Source: an uncultured Chloroflexia bacterium (lineage in GTDB: Bacteria > Chloroflexota > Dormibacteria > Aeolococcales > Aeolococcaceae). From it: a stretch of 64,000 bases of DNA. The DNA lies in contig CAWCBS010000007.1 in NCBI GenBank assembly GCA_963793875.1, positions 23,489 to 87,488 on the forward strand. Direction: 5' to 3'. A program made the position numbers and the translations under genes. The notes under the pieces are model-generated. The model was not told the DNA's origin and searched no databases. It saw only the letters and a program-made list of their open reading frames with translations. Within the stretch, counting starts at the first letter, position 1. Each line of letters starts with the position of its first letter. Positions 1 through 8,592 of the stretch are shown piece by piece.

Positions 1-22
1 AGGACGGTCACTTGACCTCCCG

Positions 23-589
23 TTAGAGCGCCCGATGATCTGGAGGTGTGGCGTCCTCGCCGAGAGCCACCAGCCTCGTCTCAAGCTCGGGGTGGCCCGC
101 GAATTTGCTCACGAGCTCGGCCGGCCCGCCGATGCACGTCCAGTCGTCGTCCCACAGCGTGGATAAGAGCCAGGAGTGGTCGGCAGGGAACATCAAGTCC
201 GGCAAGGGCCCGTTCCAGAACGGCCCCGGGCCGCTTCGGCGCCAGGTGGCGGCCTGCTCCGCCCCAGCCTCGACGAGCACGTAATGCCACCCCGCGTACA
301 AGGTCACCTTCGGCGCGTCGGGGAAGACGATGTCATTGGCGCCCGTGTCGAGATAACCAAGCCACCACGACTGGTCTGCTGACTGCTCGCCAAGCAGGGC
401 CAGAATGGCCCGGTCATGCCTGTCCCACGCTTCAGCGTCGTGCGGGAGCACCACCGTGGCATAGGCCTCGAACGTGGGCGGGATGGCGGCGGTGATGGTC
501 CGGCCTTCGGATGTTCCGCTGGCGATCCACGCGACCTCGACGTCTGTCCCGATACGCCAGGCACCGTCGTCCCGGCTCCGCCTGACCAT
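23..589 (-). CDS. hypothetical protein (188 aa), no domain recognised
   Basis: Only frame here with normal composition (W/D/L-rich, e.g. ...HSWLLSTLWDDDWTCIGGPAELV...). Overlapping ORFs are Arg/Pro/Ala-rich antisense artefacts. Confidence 0.5.
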   Translation of the reverse strand: MVRRSRDDGAWRIGTDVEVAWIASGTSEGRTITAAIPPTFEAYATVVLPHDAEAWDRHDRAILALLGEQSADQSWWLGYLDTGANDIVFPDAPKVTLYAGWHYVLVEAGAEQAATWRRSGPGPFWNGPLPDLMFPADHSWLLSTLWDDDWTCIGGPAELVSKFAGHPELETRLVALGEDATPPDHRAL

Positions 590-707
590 GCCTCCAGCTT
601 AGATGCTGTCAGCCATGGCCCGAGAATCCCTGTAGCCTTCCCGGAGAGTCCATCGCGTCCGATCGGATCGAAGCGCCTGATACAAGTGAGGTTGCATAAC
701 ACTGAGC

Positions 708-928
708 TGGCCCAGACTGACCACGCCAGGGTGCCCCCGGGGTGTCCGGTCGTCGGGCCAGATGCTGCTAGCAGAACCCCGCGGGGAACGGCCAGAGACC
801 TTTCTATCCCAACCACTTCCTAACGTGGCAGGCGGCCGGTGCTTTGCACCTTCATTCACGAGGCAGATGGTGCAAATGAATTCGCAAGGTACTATGCGAT
901 CGCCTAATCAATAGACTGGCCGCCTTCT
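708..928 (+). repeat. Copy A (221 bp) of the tRNA-Arg-associated repeat; ends ...GGCCGCCTTCTA
   Basis: Aligns over its full length with 8593-8812 (copy D). Its core aligns with 4281-4395 (B) and 5401-5547 (C). Shared strings include CTTTCTATCCCA, CTTCCTAACGTGGCAGGCGGCCG, GAATTCGC and GGTACTA. Confidence 0.9.
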
Positions 929-929
929 A

Positions 930-2586
930 GCCTCGATCTTTCAGTAAGGGCCGCCGACAGCGGTGGATGACGGATCGGAGGCGATCACCGGCAGGTGTTG
1001 GAAGAGCCAGGCCTGCCGATGACGAGGATCGGCGTGGTCGGGTGCGGCCACGACGGGACGGCAGCGGTGTGGGCGGAGAACATAGCCGCTGGTGGGGTCG
1101 CCGAAGAGCTCGGCCGGGGAAGCGTGCGGAGTCGGGGTCAGGCGGCGGGGAGGGAGCGCATTCGCTCGAACGCTGAACCGAGCAGCCCCGCCCAGGGCCA
1201 GCAGCGCTGCCGACGCAGGTACAGCCGTCGCCCACTCCGGGCCAGGCGGGCAGCGACGTGGAAGAGGCAGTAGCGGAGGCGCTTCGGTTCCCAGTGGGCG
1301 GCCTCGCCGGTGAGGCAGAGGCGCTGTGTCCAGGCGACCAGGTCCTGGGCGACCAGCACCAGTTCGAGCCAGACCTCGTTGGCCGCGAAGTCGCGGAAGG
1401 GCAGGTTGCGCAGCCCCGATGCCTTGCCGCAGCGGATGCGGTCCTCGACCCGGGCGTGGGCGCGGTGACGCGCCTCCAGGGCCGCCAGATCGGGGTCAGC
1501 CTGGTCGGTGATGAACACCTGAAAGCGAAACCCGTCGTGGTCGGTGAAGGAGAGTTGAGCGCCGGGATGGGGCCGCTCCCGCCGGCAGATGGCCCGAGTG
1601 GCGGTGGGCCAGGCGCTGAGGTCGAGATCGTGCAGCTCGCCGACGGCGGCACCGTCACGGGGGTCGCCGTCCTGGGTGATGGCGGGCACCCAGGCGTCCG
1701 GGGAAAGCGCAAGCACGGCCTCCCGAACCGGCTCGGTGAGGTCGAAGCCGACGGAGAAGAGCAGGCCGCGCTCCCGCAGGGCATCGAGGAAGTCGTGGGT
1801 GGCACCGGCGGAGTCCGCACGGGCCAGCATCGGCGGATCGTTCTCAGCCCGCGGCGGGAGCTGCCCGAGCGCGGCGTCGAGGACCCGGATGTGATCGCCG
1901 GCGTGGTTGGCGCCGGCATTGCCGGGACGGAGCAGCCCGGCGACGATCTCGTCGGTCTCGCCGACGCTGCAGAGCAGCGGATGGAAGCCGAAGCCGCGCT
2001 TGTACGTCCCGGCGGCGCCCTGCTTGTCCGAGTGGGCGGTGACCAGGGTGGCGTCGAAGTCGAGGGTGACGTGATCCGGACGGACGCCGTGCTTCCAAGC
2101 GTGAGCCCGAGCCTGGGCCCGGGCCTGGCGAACCGGAGCGAGGTCGAAGTCGGTGGCGAGTGCATCGATCACCCGCCAAGCGGTGGGGACCGAGGCCACT
2201 TCCCCGAAGAGGTTCGGCTGGTTGTGCAGGACCGTCAGGTCGGAGAGGCAGTCCCCACCGTCGGCGATGCTGACAGCGAGGTCACGCAGCACCTCACCGG
2301 GGTCATGAGCGCGCCGACGCTGCTTCAGGCAGGCGAGCCCCCGGGACAGCGCCGCGGTCAGCCCGACCCGGTCGGCCAACTCGACCAGAAGGTAGCTGCC
2401 GGCGTGAGAAACCACCCCGTCGCCGTCCGTCGTCACCACCGGTCGCGGCCGCTTGGTACCCTTCATCTTGAAAGTGCCCCCCTCTTCGGGATCCTCGAGC
2501 GTTCAGCAACCCGAGTATCCCTTGTCAGGTGGGGCACTTTCTCGTTCCCGCCCCAGCGGGCCAGCTACCTCAATGAAAGATCGAGG
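930..2586 (-). mobile_element. IS1380-family insertion sequence (1657 bp) with 4-bp target duplication CTAG
   Basis: Terminal inverted repeats CCTCGATCTTTCA (930-942) and TGAAAGATCGAGG (2574-2586). CTAG is present at 926-929 and 2587-2590. A single transposase ORF lies inside. Confidence 0.85.
1138..2466 (-). CDS. IS1380 family transposase (442 aa)
   Basis: Family-typical blocks such as ...DATLVTAHSDKQGAAGTYKRGFGFHPLL... and ...FRFQVFITDQ.... The ORF is flanked by the IRs above. Confidence 0.85.
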   Translation of the reverse strand: MKGTKRPRPVVTTDGDGVVSHAGSYLLVELADRVGLTAALSRGLACLKQRRRAHDPGEVLRDLAVSIADGGDCLSDLTVLHNQPNLFGEVASVPTAWRVIDALATDFDLAPVRQARAQARAHAWKHGVRPDHVTLDFDATLVTAHSDKQGAAGTYKRGFGFHPLLCSVGETDEIVAGLLRPGNAGANHAGDHIRVLDAALGQLPPRAENDPPMLARADSAGATHDFLDALRERGLLFSVGFDLTEPVREAVLALSPDAWVPAITQDGDPRDGAAVGELHDLDLSAWPTATRAICRRERPHPGAQLSFTDHDGFRFQVFITDQADPDLAALEARHRAHARVEDRIRCGKASGLRNLPFRDFAANEVWLELVLVAQDLVAWTQRLCLTGEAAHWEPKRLRYCLFHVAARLARSGRRLYLRRQRCWPWAGLLGSAFERMRSLPAA

Positions 2587-3354
2587 CTAGGCAGGCACCA
2601 CCTCCACCAATTGAACATCAGCGAAGCACCAGCGCAGCCAGAAGGTGCTCTCCACATCCCAGTGCATCGTCGCCAGACTACGATCGTGATCCGCTAGGCA
2701 AAGACCCTGCACCGCTGCGATTGCGGTGGCTGTCACGTGCACCCCCTCGTAATCCTGCGATGCGGCGATCCAGTTGGGAAAGATAAGGCCATCCAGCTCC
2801 GTCGCATAAGAATGGACAAAGTCCATCCAGTCAGATGCCGTCGCCACCTCACGTATCCTTGCCCTCGAATCCACTCCGACGGACCAAACATGCCAGGGTC
2901 GCGAGTCGATGCCATACAGATCGAGATACACTCGCCACATCCCTTGGGCCCCGAGAACGCCGCTGCAAGTGAACAATCCGACCCGGAAGGGCTTCGTGCT
3001 CGGCTTCCCCGCCAGTTTGCCCACAGGGGTGAAGTGCTCCTCTGCCAAGATGGGAACTCCGGGTGCCAAATGAGCGGGTCTCCTCCGGGAGATCCAGTAC
3101 TGGCCATCACGCCACAAGGGGCCGGTGACCACATGGGGAGATGAACGTCGGAGGTGGCGCAGAAGACGGCATCGCGCTAGACATTGGTCGGCATCGGCGG
3201 GCGCCACCGTTAGCATGTCAGAGGGGTTCCGGGGGTCCGCGCTCGTCGCACCGACCATGACGTCGATAAACCGCGCTATGTCTCCGTTGGGGGGGGGCAC
3301 ACCCTGGGCGTCGAATGCCTCCATCCTGCGCAGGAGGTAAGCGATGCCGTCCAC
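2587..3354 (-). CDS. hypothetical protein (255 aa)
   Basis: Long ORF with balanced composition in a locally lower-GC segment. Its stop codon (CTA on the + strand, 2587-2589) lies inside the IS1380 target duplication. No domain recognised. Confidence 0.55.
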   Translation of the reverse strand: MDGIAYLLRRMEAFDAQGVPPPNGDIARFIDVMVGATSADPRNPSDMLTVAPADADQCLARCRLLRHLRRSSPHVVTGPLWRDGQYWISRRRPAHLAPGVPILAEEHFTPVGKLAGKPSTKPFRVGLFTCSGVLGAQGMWRVYLDLYGIDSRPWHVWSVGVDSRARIREVATASDWMDFVHSYATELDGLIFPNWIAASQDYEGVHVTATAIAAVQGLCLADHDRSLATMHWDVESTFWLRWCFADVQLVEVVPA

Positions 3355-3393
3355 GGGCTTACCCGCCCCCCAATGACTACTTACTCTGTCAAC

Positions 3394-3984
3394 TCAGCAC
3401 TGAATGAAGATGTAGGGGCTTTGAACCTCGGCAAACTGCGGATTCGGTTCGTATCCAGGCGGGAACGTGTTGGTTATCGAAGTGAACGCGTCCCACACAT
3501 CCGCAGTTGGTGTCGGGCAAGGCGCCACGGCAGTACCATTCTTGTTCGCGGTACCGTAGCTTGTTGACGGCTGGGGTCCGTACAACGTGCCAGCTGTCTC
3601 GTCGTACAGGTACATGTCAATGGCGATGTTCGCCATGGGAGCTGAACACGTCTCTCGAAACAGGGCATCGACAGTATCAGGCACGTGATAGGACGCATGG
3701 GGGTACATCTGTTGCGCGTTGCACGTGATGATGTTATCAGCCGCGGCGAGCCCTGTCGCGGGGCTCGTCGATCGTGTTGCGGTGAAGGTGAGCGCGGAGG
3801 GAAGTCCCTGGGGTATCAGCGGGTCTCCGGGGGCCAGCGGGGATATCGACGCACCAGTCGACGGAGGGGCAGCTGCAGCCGGGGCTGCCAAGACGACGCC
3901 CGTGAATGAGAGCAACAACAGCATGCCCAAGAGTGCCTGGCTCAGTTTCGCGCGCTGTCTCACCATGGTCCGTCTCCTTGGCAC
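3394..3984 (-). CDS. secreted hypothetical protein (196 aa) with N-terminal signal peptide
   Basis: N-terminus ...RQRAKLSQALLGMLLLLSFTGVVLAAPAAAAP is signal-peptide-like. The mature part is Cys-containing and Thr/Pro/Tyr-rich. The segment is low-GC (63/120 G+C by hand count at 3361-3480). Confidence 0.6.
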   Translation of the reverse strand: MPRRRTMVRQRAKLSQALLGMLLLLSFTGVVLAAPAAAAPPSTGASISPLAPGDPLIPQGLPSALTFTATRSTSPATGLAAADNIITCNAQQMYPHASYHVPDTVDALFRETCSAPMANIAIDMYLYDETAGTLYGPQPSTSYGTANKNGTAVAPCPTPTADVWDAFTSITNTFPPGYEPNPQFAEVQSPYIFIQC

Positions 3985-4056
3985 GGTTCCCTGTCGCTGA
4001 CATGGGGAAGCGACAGTCTAGGTGGCGGCGTCCAGCCGAAACCGGAGCGGACCTAA

Positions 4057-4221
4057 AGTACCACAGCTTACCTAACGTGTCTAGTAGGGGCCAGCGTCTA
4101 CAGCGTCTATCTCGGCTTCGAGGACGCGATGACCGGCCGCTGGGTGGGGGACGACCAAACGATCTGGACCACGACCGACGGCGGGAACACCTGGACGGCG
4201 CGGACGTTCGCGATCGGGTAG
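4057..4221 (+). pseudogene. C-terminal fragment of a BNR/Asp-box repeat protein (about 40 codons, no start)
   Basis: The frame ending at TAG 4219-4221 reads ...VYSVYLGFEDAMTGRWVGDDQTIWTTTDGGNTWTARTFAIG*. TTDGGNTW fits the Asp-box S/T-x-D-x-G-x-T-W. An in-frame TAA lies at 4054-4056 and no initiator follows it. Confidence 0.4.
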
Positions 4222-4280
4222 GTGGCGATCCCCAGGCACCGGCAGCGGTTGCCCTAGCCCGAAAGCGCCCGCGCAGAGCC

Positions 4281-4395
4281 CGGAAACCTTTCTATCCCAA
4301 CCACTTCCTAACGTGGCAGGCGGCCGCTGCTTTGCAGCTTCATTGACGAGGCAGATGATGTACCTGAATTCGCGAGGTACTAAGCGACCGCCTTC
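4281..4395 (+). repeat. Copy B (core only, about 115 bp) of the tRNA-Arg-associated repeat; ends ...GACCGCCTTC
   Basis: Aligns with the cores of A, C and D. Relative to C it lacks AATCAATAGGCCAGCCGCCT, the stretch between two CCGCCT direct repeats. Similarity stops after CTTC at 4395. Confidence 0.85.
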
Positions 4396-5295
4396 GACGT
4401 GCTGGGCGCCGTGACCTCGACCGGCGGTGTCACCTCTCTTGCCTACGGGTTCGTGCGGGCGGCGAGCAACGGCTGGGGCGACGTGCTGACCATCGGCGCG
4501 TTCGCGGTCGGCATGGTGCTGCTCGGCCTGTTCATCACCATCGAGAGGCGCGCCGCGGAGCCGATCACACCGCTGCAACTCTTTGCCGACCGCAGCCGCA
4601 ACGCCTCGTACGTGGCGCGGCTCTTCCTCGTGGCCGGCATGTTCGGGATGTTCTTCTTCCTCACGCAGTTCCTCCAGGACGTGCTCGGGTACGACCCACT
4701 CCAGACCGGCCTGGCCTTCCTGCCCTTCAGCGTGGCGCTCTTCGTCATGTCCCAGCTCAGCGCGCGGCGGTTGATCGAGCGCTTCGGCGGCAAGCCGCTG
4801 ATGGTGGCGGGCATCAGCCTCTCGACCCTCGCGATGCTCCTCATGACGCAGCTGTCGGCATCCAGCACCTATCTCTTCGTGCTGATCCCTGTGCTGCTGT
4901 TCGGGACCGGCAACGGGCTCGCGTTCGTGCCTCTGACGAGCGCCTCCCTGGCCGGGGTGCGCCGGGGGGACGCCGGCGCGGCGTCGGGGCTGGTCAACGT
5001 GATGCAGCAGATGGGCGGTGCGCTGGGTCTCGCGGTGCTGGTGTCGGTGTTCGGCTCGGCCGGCCACGTGATCGCGGGTCAGTCGGCGGCAAACGCGCGG
5101 GCCGCGTTCGTGGTCGGCGCAGACCACGCTTTCATCGCTTCCACGCTGTTCGTCGGTGCGACGGTGCTCGTACTGGCGGTGGCGATTCGCGGGCGGCGCG
5201 CGACCGCCCGCGCCGCCGCGGCCGCTGTTGTCGAGCCGGAGTGGGTGCGCGAGCTGGGTCCTGCTGCGGCGGTGCCGGAGGCCGCTGAGGCCTGA
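4396..5295 (+). pseudogene. 5'-truncated MFS (EmrB/QacA-type) transporter, C-terminal about 300 aa only
   Basis: The translation is a run of TM helices typical of the C-terminal half of 14-TMS drug:H+ antiporters (...LFLVAGMFGMFFFLTQFLQDVLGYDPLQTGLAFLP...GTGNGLAFVPLT...). Coding begins directly at the copy B junction and no N-terminal half lies upstream. Confidence 0.65.
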
Positions 5296-5400
5296 TCGCT
5301 GCCGATGGGCGGCTGGCCCGGCCAACCGGCAGAGCCCGGGGGTAGGATCGGGTGGTGGCGACGATCCTCGTCTACCTTGTGGCCGGGCTGGTCGCCCTCT

Positions 5401-5547
5401 GGGGACGGCCAGAAACCTTTCTATCCCATCTACTTCCTAACGTGGCAGGCGGCCGGTGCTTTGCAGCTTCATTGGCGAGGCAGATGGTGCATCTGAATTC
5501 GCGAGGTACTAAGCAACCGCCTAATCAATAGGCCAGCCGCCTTCTAA
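5401..5547 (+). repeat. Copy C of the tRNA-Arg-associated repeat, continuous with a tRNA 3' half
   Basis: Near-identical to copy D over the core (5416-5547 vs 8681-8812). Its upstream part differs from that of A and D. Confidence 0.9.
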
Positions 5548-5583
5548 GCGCGCAGGTCGCAGGTTCGAGTCCTGCAGGGGGTA
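5541..5583 (+). tRNA. partial tRNA-Arg(UCU): anticodon loop to 3' end only (not a functional gene)
   Basis: Parts read in order: loop CTTCTAA, 3' anticodon stem GCGCG, variable CAGGTC, T-arm GCAGG-TTCGAGT-CCTGC, acceptor AGGGGGT and discriminator A. Upstream bases GCCGC pair only 3/5 with GCGCG. No D-arm or RCCCCCT acceptor strand is present. Confidence 0.8.
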
Positions 5584-5812
5584 GTGCTCCGGTGTATGGA
5601 TCCGCATTCCAGACACTGCCATCGAGGCCGTGAAGATCCCGGAGGTGTCGTCAGCATCCACCTTGGGCGACGCAGTTGGGGTCCCCGAGAAGTCGCCTGA
5701 TAGCGGCGTCGGCCGTTGGGCGGCCAGGCACGGGCTGCTGAGTGACCACGGCCTCATTCATCGCTATGAGATTACCGATCGGCCACCCTGGGCCGGGGTC
5801 GCGTGCGCTACG

Positions 5813-6157
5813 TCAAGCAGCCTTGCGAGGTGGCCTCGCCGCAACCTGCAGACGCACTCCGACTGCGGCTGCGAACCGCGCCACGGTGGAGATACGGGCG
5901 TCCAGCGCTCCGCCCTCCATCCGGGCCACCGCGGACTCCGAGGTCCCCATCCGAGCCGCTACGGCTGCGCGGCTCAGCCCCGCCGCCTTCCGCGCCGCCT
6001 TGAGTCGGGTCATGATCGCCAGCCGCTCCTCGGCAGCAGCCAGGGCAACCGGAAACTCCGGGTCCGTCGCCGACCAGTCGGCGATCAGAGCCTCGAGGTC
6101 GTCGCGCTCGTCGTCGTTGCGCATGATCTCATTCCTACCTAATTGAGCATACCTCAT
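5813..6157 (-). CDS. XRE-family HTH antitoxin (HigA-like), 114 aa
   Basis: C-terminal HTH ...KAARKAAGLSRAAVAARMGTSESAVARMEGG.... It lies immediately downstream of a RelE/HigB-like remnant on the same strand. Confidence 0.7.
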   Translation of the reverse strand: MRYAQLGRNEIMRNDDERDDLEALIADWSATDPEFPVALAAAEERLAIMTRLKAARKAAGLSRAAVAARMGTSESAVARMEGGALDARISTVARFAAAVGVRLQVAARPPRKAA

Positions 6158-6166
6158 CTGGTCTGC

Positions 6167-6421
6167 TCACCCTTGCTGGTCACGCGCCCGCCACTCGGCC
6201 AGGCGCCGCTCGGCCAGCCGGCTCGCCTCCGGCGGGGTCCGCTGCGTCTTCTTGTGCAGGGCCTCCAGGGCGAGCAGGACCCGCCCCCGCCCCTCCTGCG
6301 CGAAGAGCACCCGGAAGCTCTGGCGATCACCCTCCCCCCGCACCTCGTGGATCTCCCCCGGAGGTGGCGAGCTGCGGTCACGCCCTCCCGCACCACCCTG
6401 GCGAAGGCAAGTTAGTGAGAG
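6167..6421 (-). pseudogene. N-terminally truncated RelE/HigB (Gp49-like) toxin remnant
   Basis: The frame ending at TGA (6167-6169) reads ...GEIHEVRGEGDRQSFRVLFAQEGRGRVLLALEALHKKTQRTPPEASRLAERRLAEWRARDQQG*, which matches the family C-terminal core (ELR...yRvlf...vlL..f.KKtqktP). An in-frame stop lies at 6422-6424 and no start codon follows it. Confidence 0.6.
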
Positions 6422-6471
6422 TCATTCACGCTCGCGTGCTAAGGTTGAATAAGCGACCGAGTTGTTCAAGG

Positions 6472-7782
6472 ATGACGCTGATGCCCGAGTACGTCAATCG
6501 GATCTGGGAGCCGCCGAGTGAGACCGGGGCGATCCTGCCCCGTCGGGACCGAGTGAGCGTTCGGTTCCGCGCGTTCGTCCCGGACCCAATTGCGGATCTG
6601 GACGTGCGGACCTCCGCGGAGACCGGAGGGGCGCTCGAGGCAGCGGAAGAGGCGATCCGCCGGCTGGACGGGCAAGCTCGGCAGGTGGCGCCGCTGGAGG
6701 CGCTGTCACGCCTTCTCCTCCGCGCCGAGGGCATCAGCTCGTCGCGCATCGAGGGCTTGGTCGTCGGGCACCGGCAGCTTGCCGAGGCTCTCTTCGACCC
6801 GGTACATTCGCGCGCGGTGGCGCGCGACGTGGTCGGGAACGTTCTGGCCATCGGGGCGGCGATCGATATCGGGGCGGGAGCTGCTCCATTCACGCCGGAG
6901 GTGCTGCTGAGCATCCACGGGACGCTGCTGGGTGCGGGCGCGAGCGGGGGTGGGCGCTTCCGCACGGTGCAGAACTGGATCGGGTCGGCGACGTCGGTGT
7001 CGCCGCGTACGGCGGAGTTCATCCCGCCACCGGAGGGCGAAGTGCCGCGGCTCGTGTCGGACCTGTGTGCGTTCCTGGCTCGGCGCGACGTCTCGCCGCT
7101 GGCCCAGGCGGCGATCGCGCACGCGCAGTTCGAGACGATCCACCCGTTCGAGGATGGGAACGGGAGGGTGGGCAGGGCCCTGATCCACGCGGTGCTGCAG
7201 CGCCGGCGCGTGGTGGAGCGCCAGGTCCCCCCGCTGAGCATCGTGCTCGCGGCTAACCCGCGGACCTACATCGGCGGGCTGACGAGCTTCCGGGAGGGCG
7301 ATCGCGAGGCGTGGCTCGGCATAGCCGCGCGAACGGCGCTGGTTGCCTGCAGAGGCACGGAGCGGTTCCTCTCGGCGGTGAGCGACTTGCAGGTCGTGTG
7401 GCTGGAGCGGGCGGGGCTACCGCGGCGCGATTCGAGTGCACGGCGGCTCATTGAGCTGCTGCCGGGGATCCCGGTGCTTGATGTGCGGCTGGCAGCTGCG
7501 GAGCTGGGCGTGTCGTTCCAGTCAGCCAACGAGGCGGTGTCCCGGCTGGAGGCTGGCGGGGTCCTGCGTCGGCACGAGGTCGGCGCCCAGCGTGACCGGC
7601 GCTGGAGCGCGCCAGAACTCTTCGAGCTGTTGGATAGCTTCCAGTGGGAGACGAGCGGCCCTGCTGTCGAGCTGGACGGCGTGGGGGAGCATCGGCCGTC
7701 TCCGCCGGGGAGCCACACGGGGCGCTGGCGTGTGAGGGGTGGGCGGGCCGGGGCGGAGGGGCACGGCTCCGCGCACCAGTGA
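6472..7782 (+). CDS. Fic/DOC family protein with C-terminal winged-helix region
   Basis: Fic motif HPFEDGNGRVGRALIH is present. I place the start at MTLMPEYVN (6472) rather than the ORF-track 6364, which overlaps the toxin remnant. Confidence 0.8.
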   Translation: MTLMPEYVNRIWEPPSETGAILPRRDRVSVRFRAFVPDPIADLDVRTSAETGGALEAAEEAIRRLDGQARQVAPLEALSRLLLRAEGISSSRIEGLVVGHRQLAEALFDPVHSRAVARDVVGNVLAIGAAIDIGAGAAPFTPEVLLSIHGTLLGAGASGGGRFRTVQNWIGSATSVSPRTAEFIPPPEGEVPRLVSDLCAFLARRDVSPLAQAAIAHAQFETIHPFEDGNGRVGRALIHAVLQRRRVVERQVPPLSIVLAANPRTYIGGLTSFREGDREAWLGIAARTALVACRGTERFLSAVSDLQVVWLERAGLPRRDSSARRLIELLPGIPVLDVRLAAAELGVSFQSANEAVSRLEAGGVLRRHEVGAQRDRRWSAPELFELLDSFQWETSGPAVELDGVGEHRPSPPGSHTGRWRVRGGRAGAEGHGSAHQ

Positions 7783-7792
7783 TGGCTACCGT

Positions 7793-8062
7793 ATGCCCCT
7801 CGAGGTTGGGATCGGCCGTGACGATCTCGTCTGGCCGGCGTTGTTCCGAACTCGCCAGATCGCCTTGGGCGACGTGCAGCAACTCCGCCGCACTCGCTGG
7901 CCTCAGGGGTTCGGCGTCCTAGTGCTCGCAGGAGGCGAGCGCATGCTGGTGCGAAAGCGCAAGGATTTCGTGGAGTTCGCGGTGGAGTTGGGTCGGCTCG
8001 TCCCCACTTTGCGGATCTCCGCCTGGCTCCCTCTCCGCAGGAAAGTTGAAGAGCGGACATGA
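7793..8062 (+). CDS. small hypothetical protein (89 aa)
   Basis: Balanced composition (MPLEVGIGRDDLVWPALFRTRQIALGDVQQL...). No domain recognised. The start choice is uncertain. Confidence 0.3.
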   Translation: MPLEVGIGRDDLVWPALFRTRQIALGDVQQLRRTRWPQGFGVLVLAGGERMLVRKRKDFVEFAVELGRLVPTLRISAWLPLRRKVEERT

Positions 8063-8592
8063 GAACCGAGATGTCCAGCCTTGAAGTGGCGGCGACAGTA
8101 CCCGGGCCTGGGCCAAGGTGACCTCGCCATGCCGGGTGCTCCTTGCGCCGTCCCTCCCGGCGGACAGAAAGCTCAGGCGCTTTCGCGGCCGTCTCGGGGT
8201 TGAGCGAGCACGTCCGCGTAAGTAGCCGGAGCGGAGATCATGCCCAGCGGTCGCGTCTCGGATCTCCGCCGAGTGCTAGACACTCACGGCAAAGGCGTCC
8301 ACTGCCTCTCAAGCGGCGCCGGCCGCGCCTTCCACAGAGGGTCCGCGGCCGGAGGAGGCGGCCCACCCCCCGATAGTGGATGAGGCCATCGTCGGGGTTC
8401 GCGAGCATCTCCCGGCCCCCGAAGCCGATGAATGCCACCCATGGCTGAGCTGGAACGGGCACCTCTGGTTGGTCGGGGTTCGCCCCGGATTCAGGCACCG
8501 ATACAGCGTACCGCCGGACCCTCCCCCGTCTGCCTCAAGCACCGCGCAGGGATGCCGTCGAGCTCCTCGAGGTAGCTTCAGCCATGCTCGCG

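Noticed and set aside
5401-5583. The repeat plus tRNA-like 3' end considered as a tmRNA (ssrA) gene.
   Set aside because: The acceptor 3' strand AGGGGGT would need an RCCCCCT 5' strand, not the GGGG... start of tmRNA. There is no G3:U70 context. The only ORF-like stretch (..QAAGALQLHWRGRWCI*) does not resemble a degradation tag, and four copies is implausible for ssrA.
5401-5583. A group I intron inserted in a tRNA-Arg anticodon loop.
   Set aside because: The anticodon loop CTTCTAA is contiguous with the 3' half. The discontinuity is in the 5' anticodon stem. No upstream 5' exon (acceptor, D-arm) exists in any copy, and I could not identify P3/P7-type core pairings.
8143-8590. Several overlapping 77-128 aa ORFs on both strands between the small ORF at 7793-8062 and repeat copy D.
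   Set aside because: No frame has sustained normal composition or any motif. Short plausible stretches (e.g. PWVAFIGFGGREMLANPDDGLIHY on the minus strand) are broken by frame changes, so this is probably decayed sequence.
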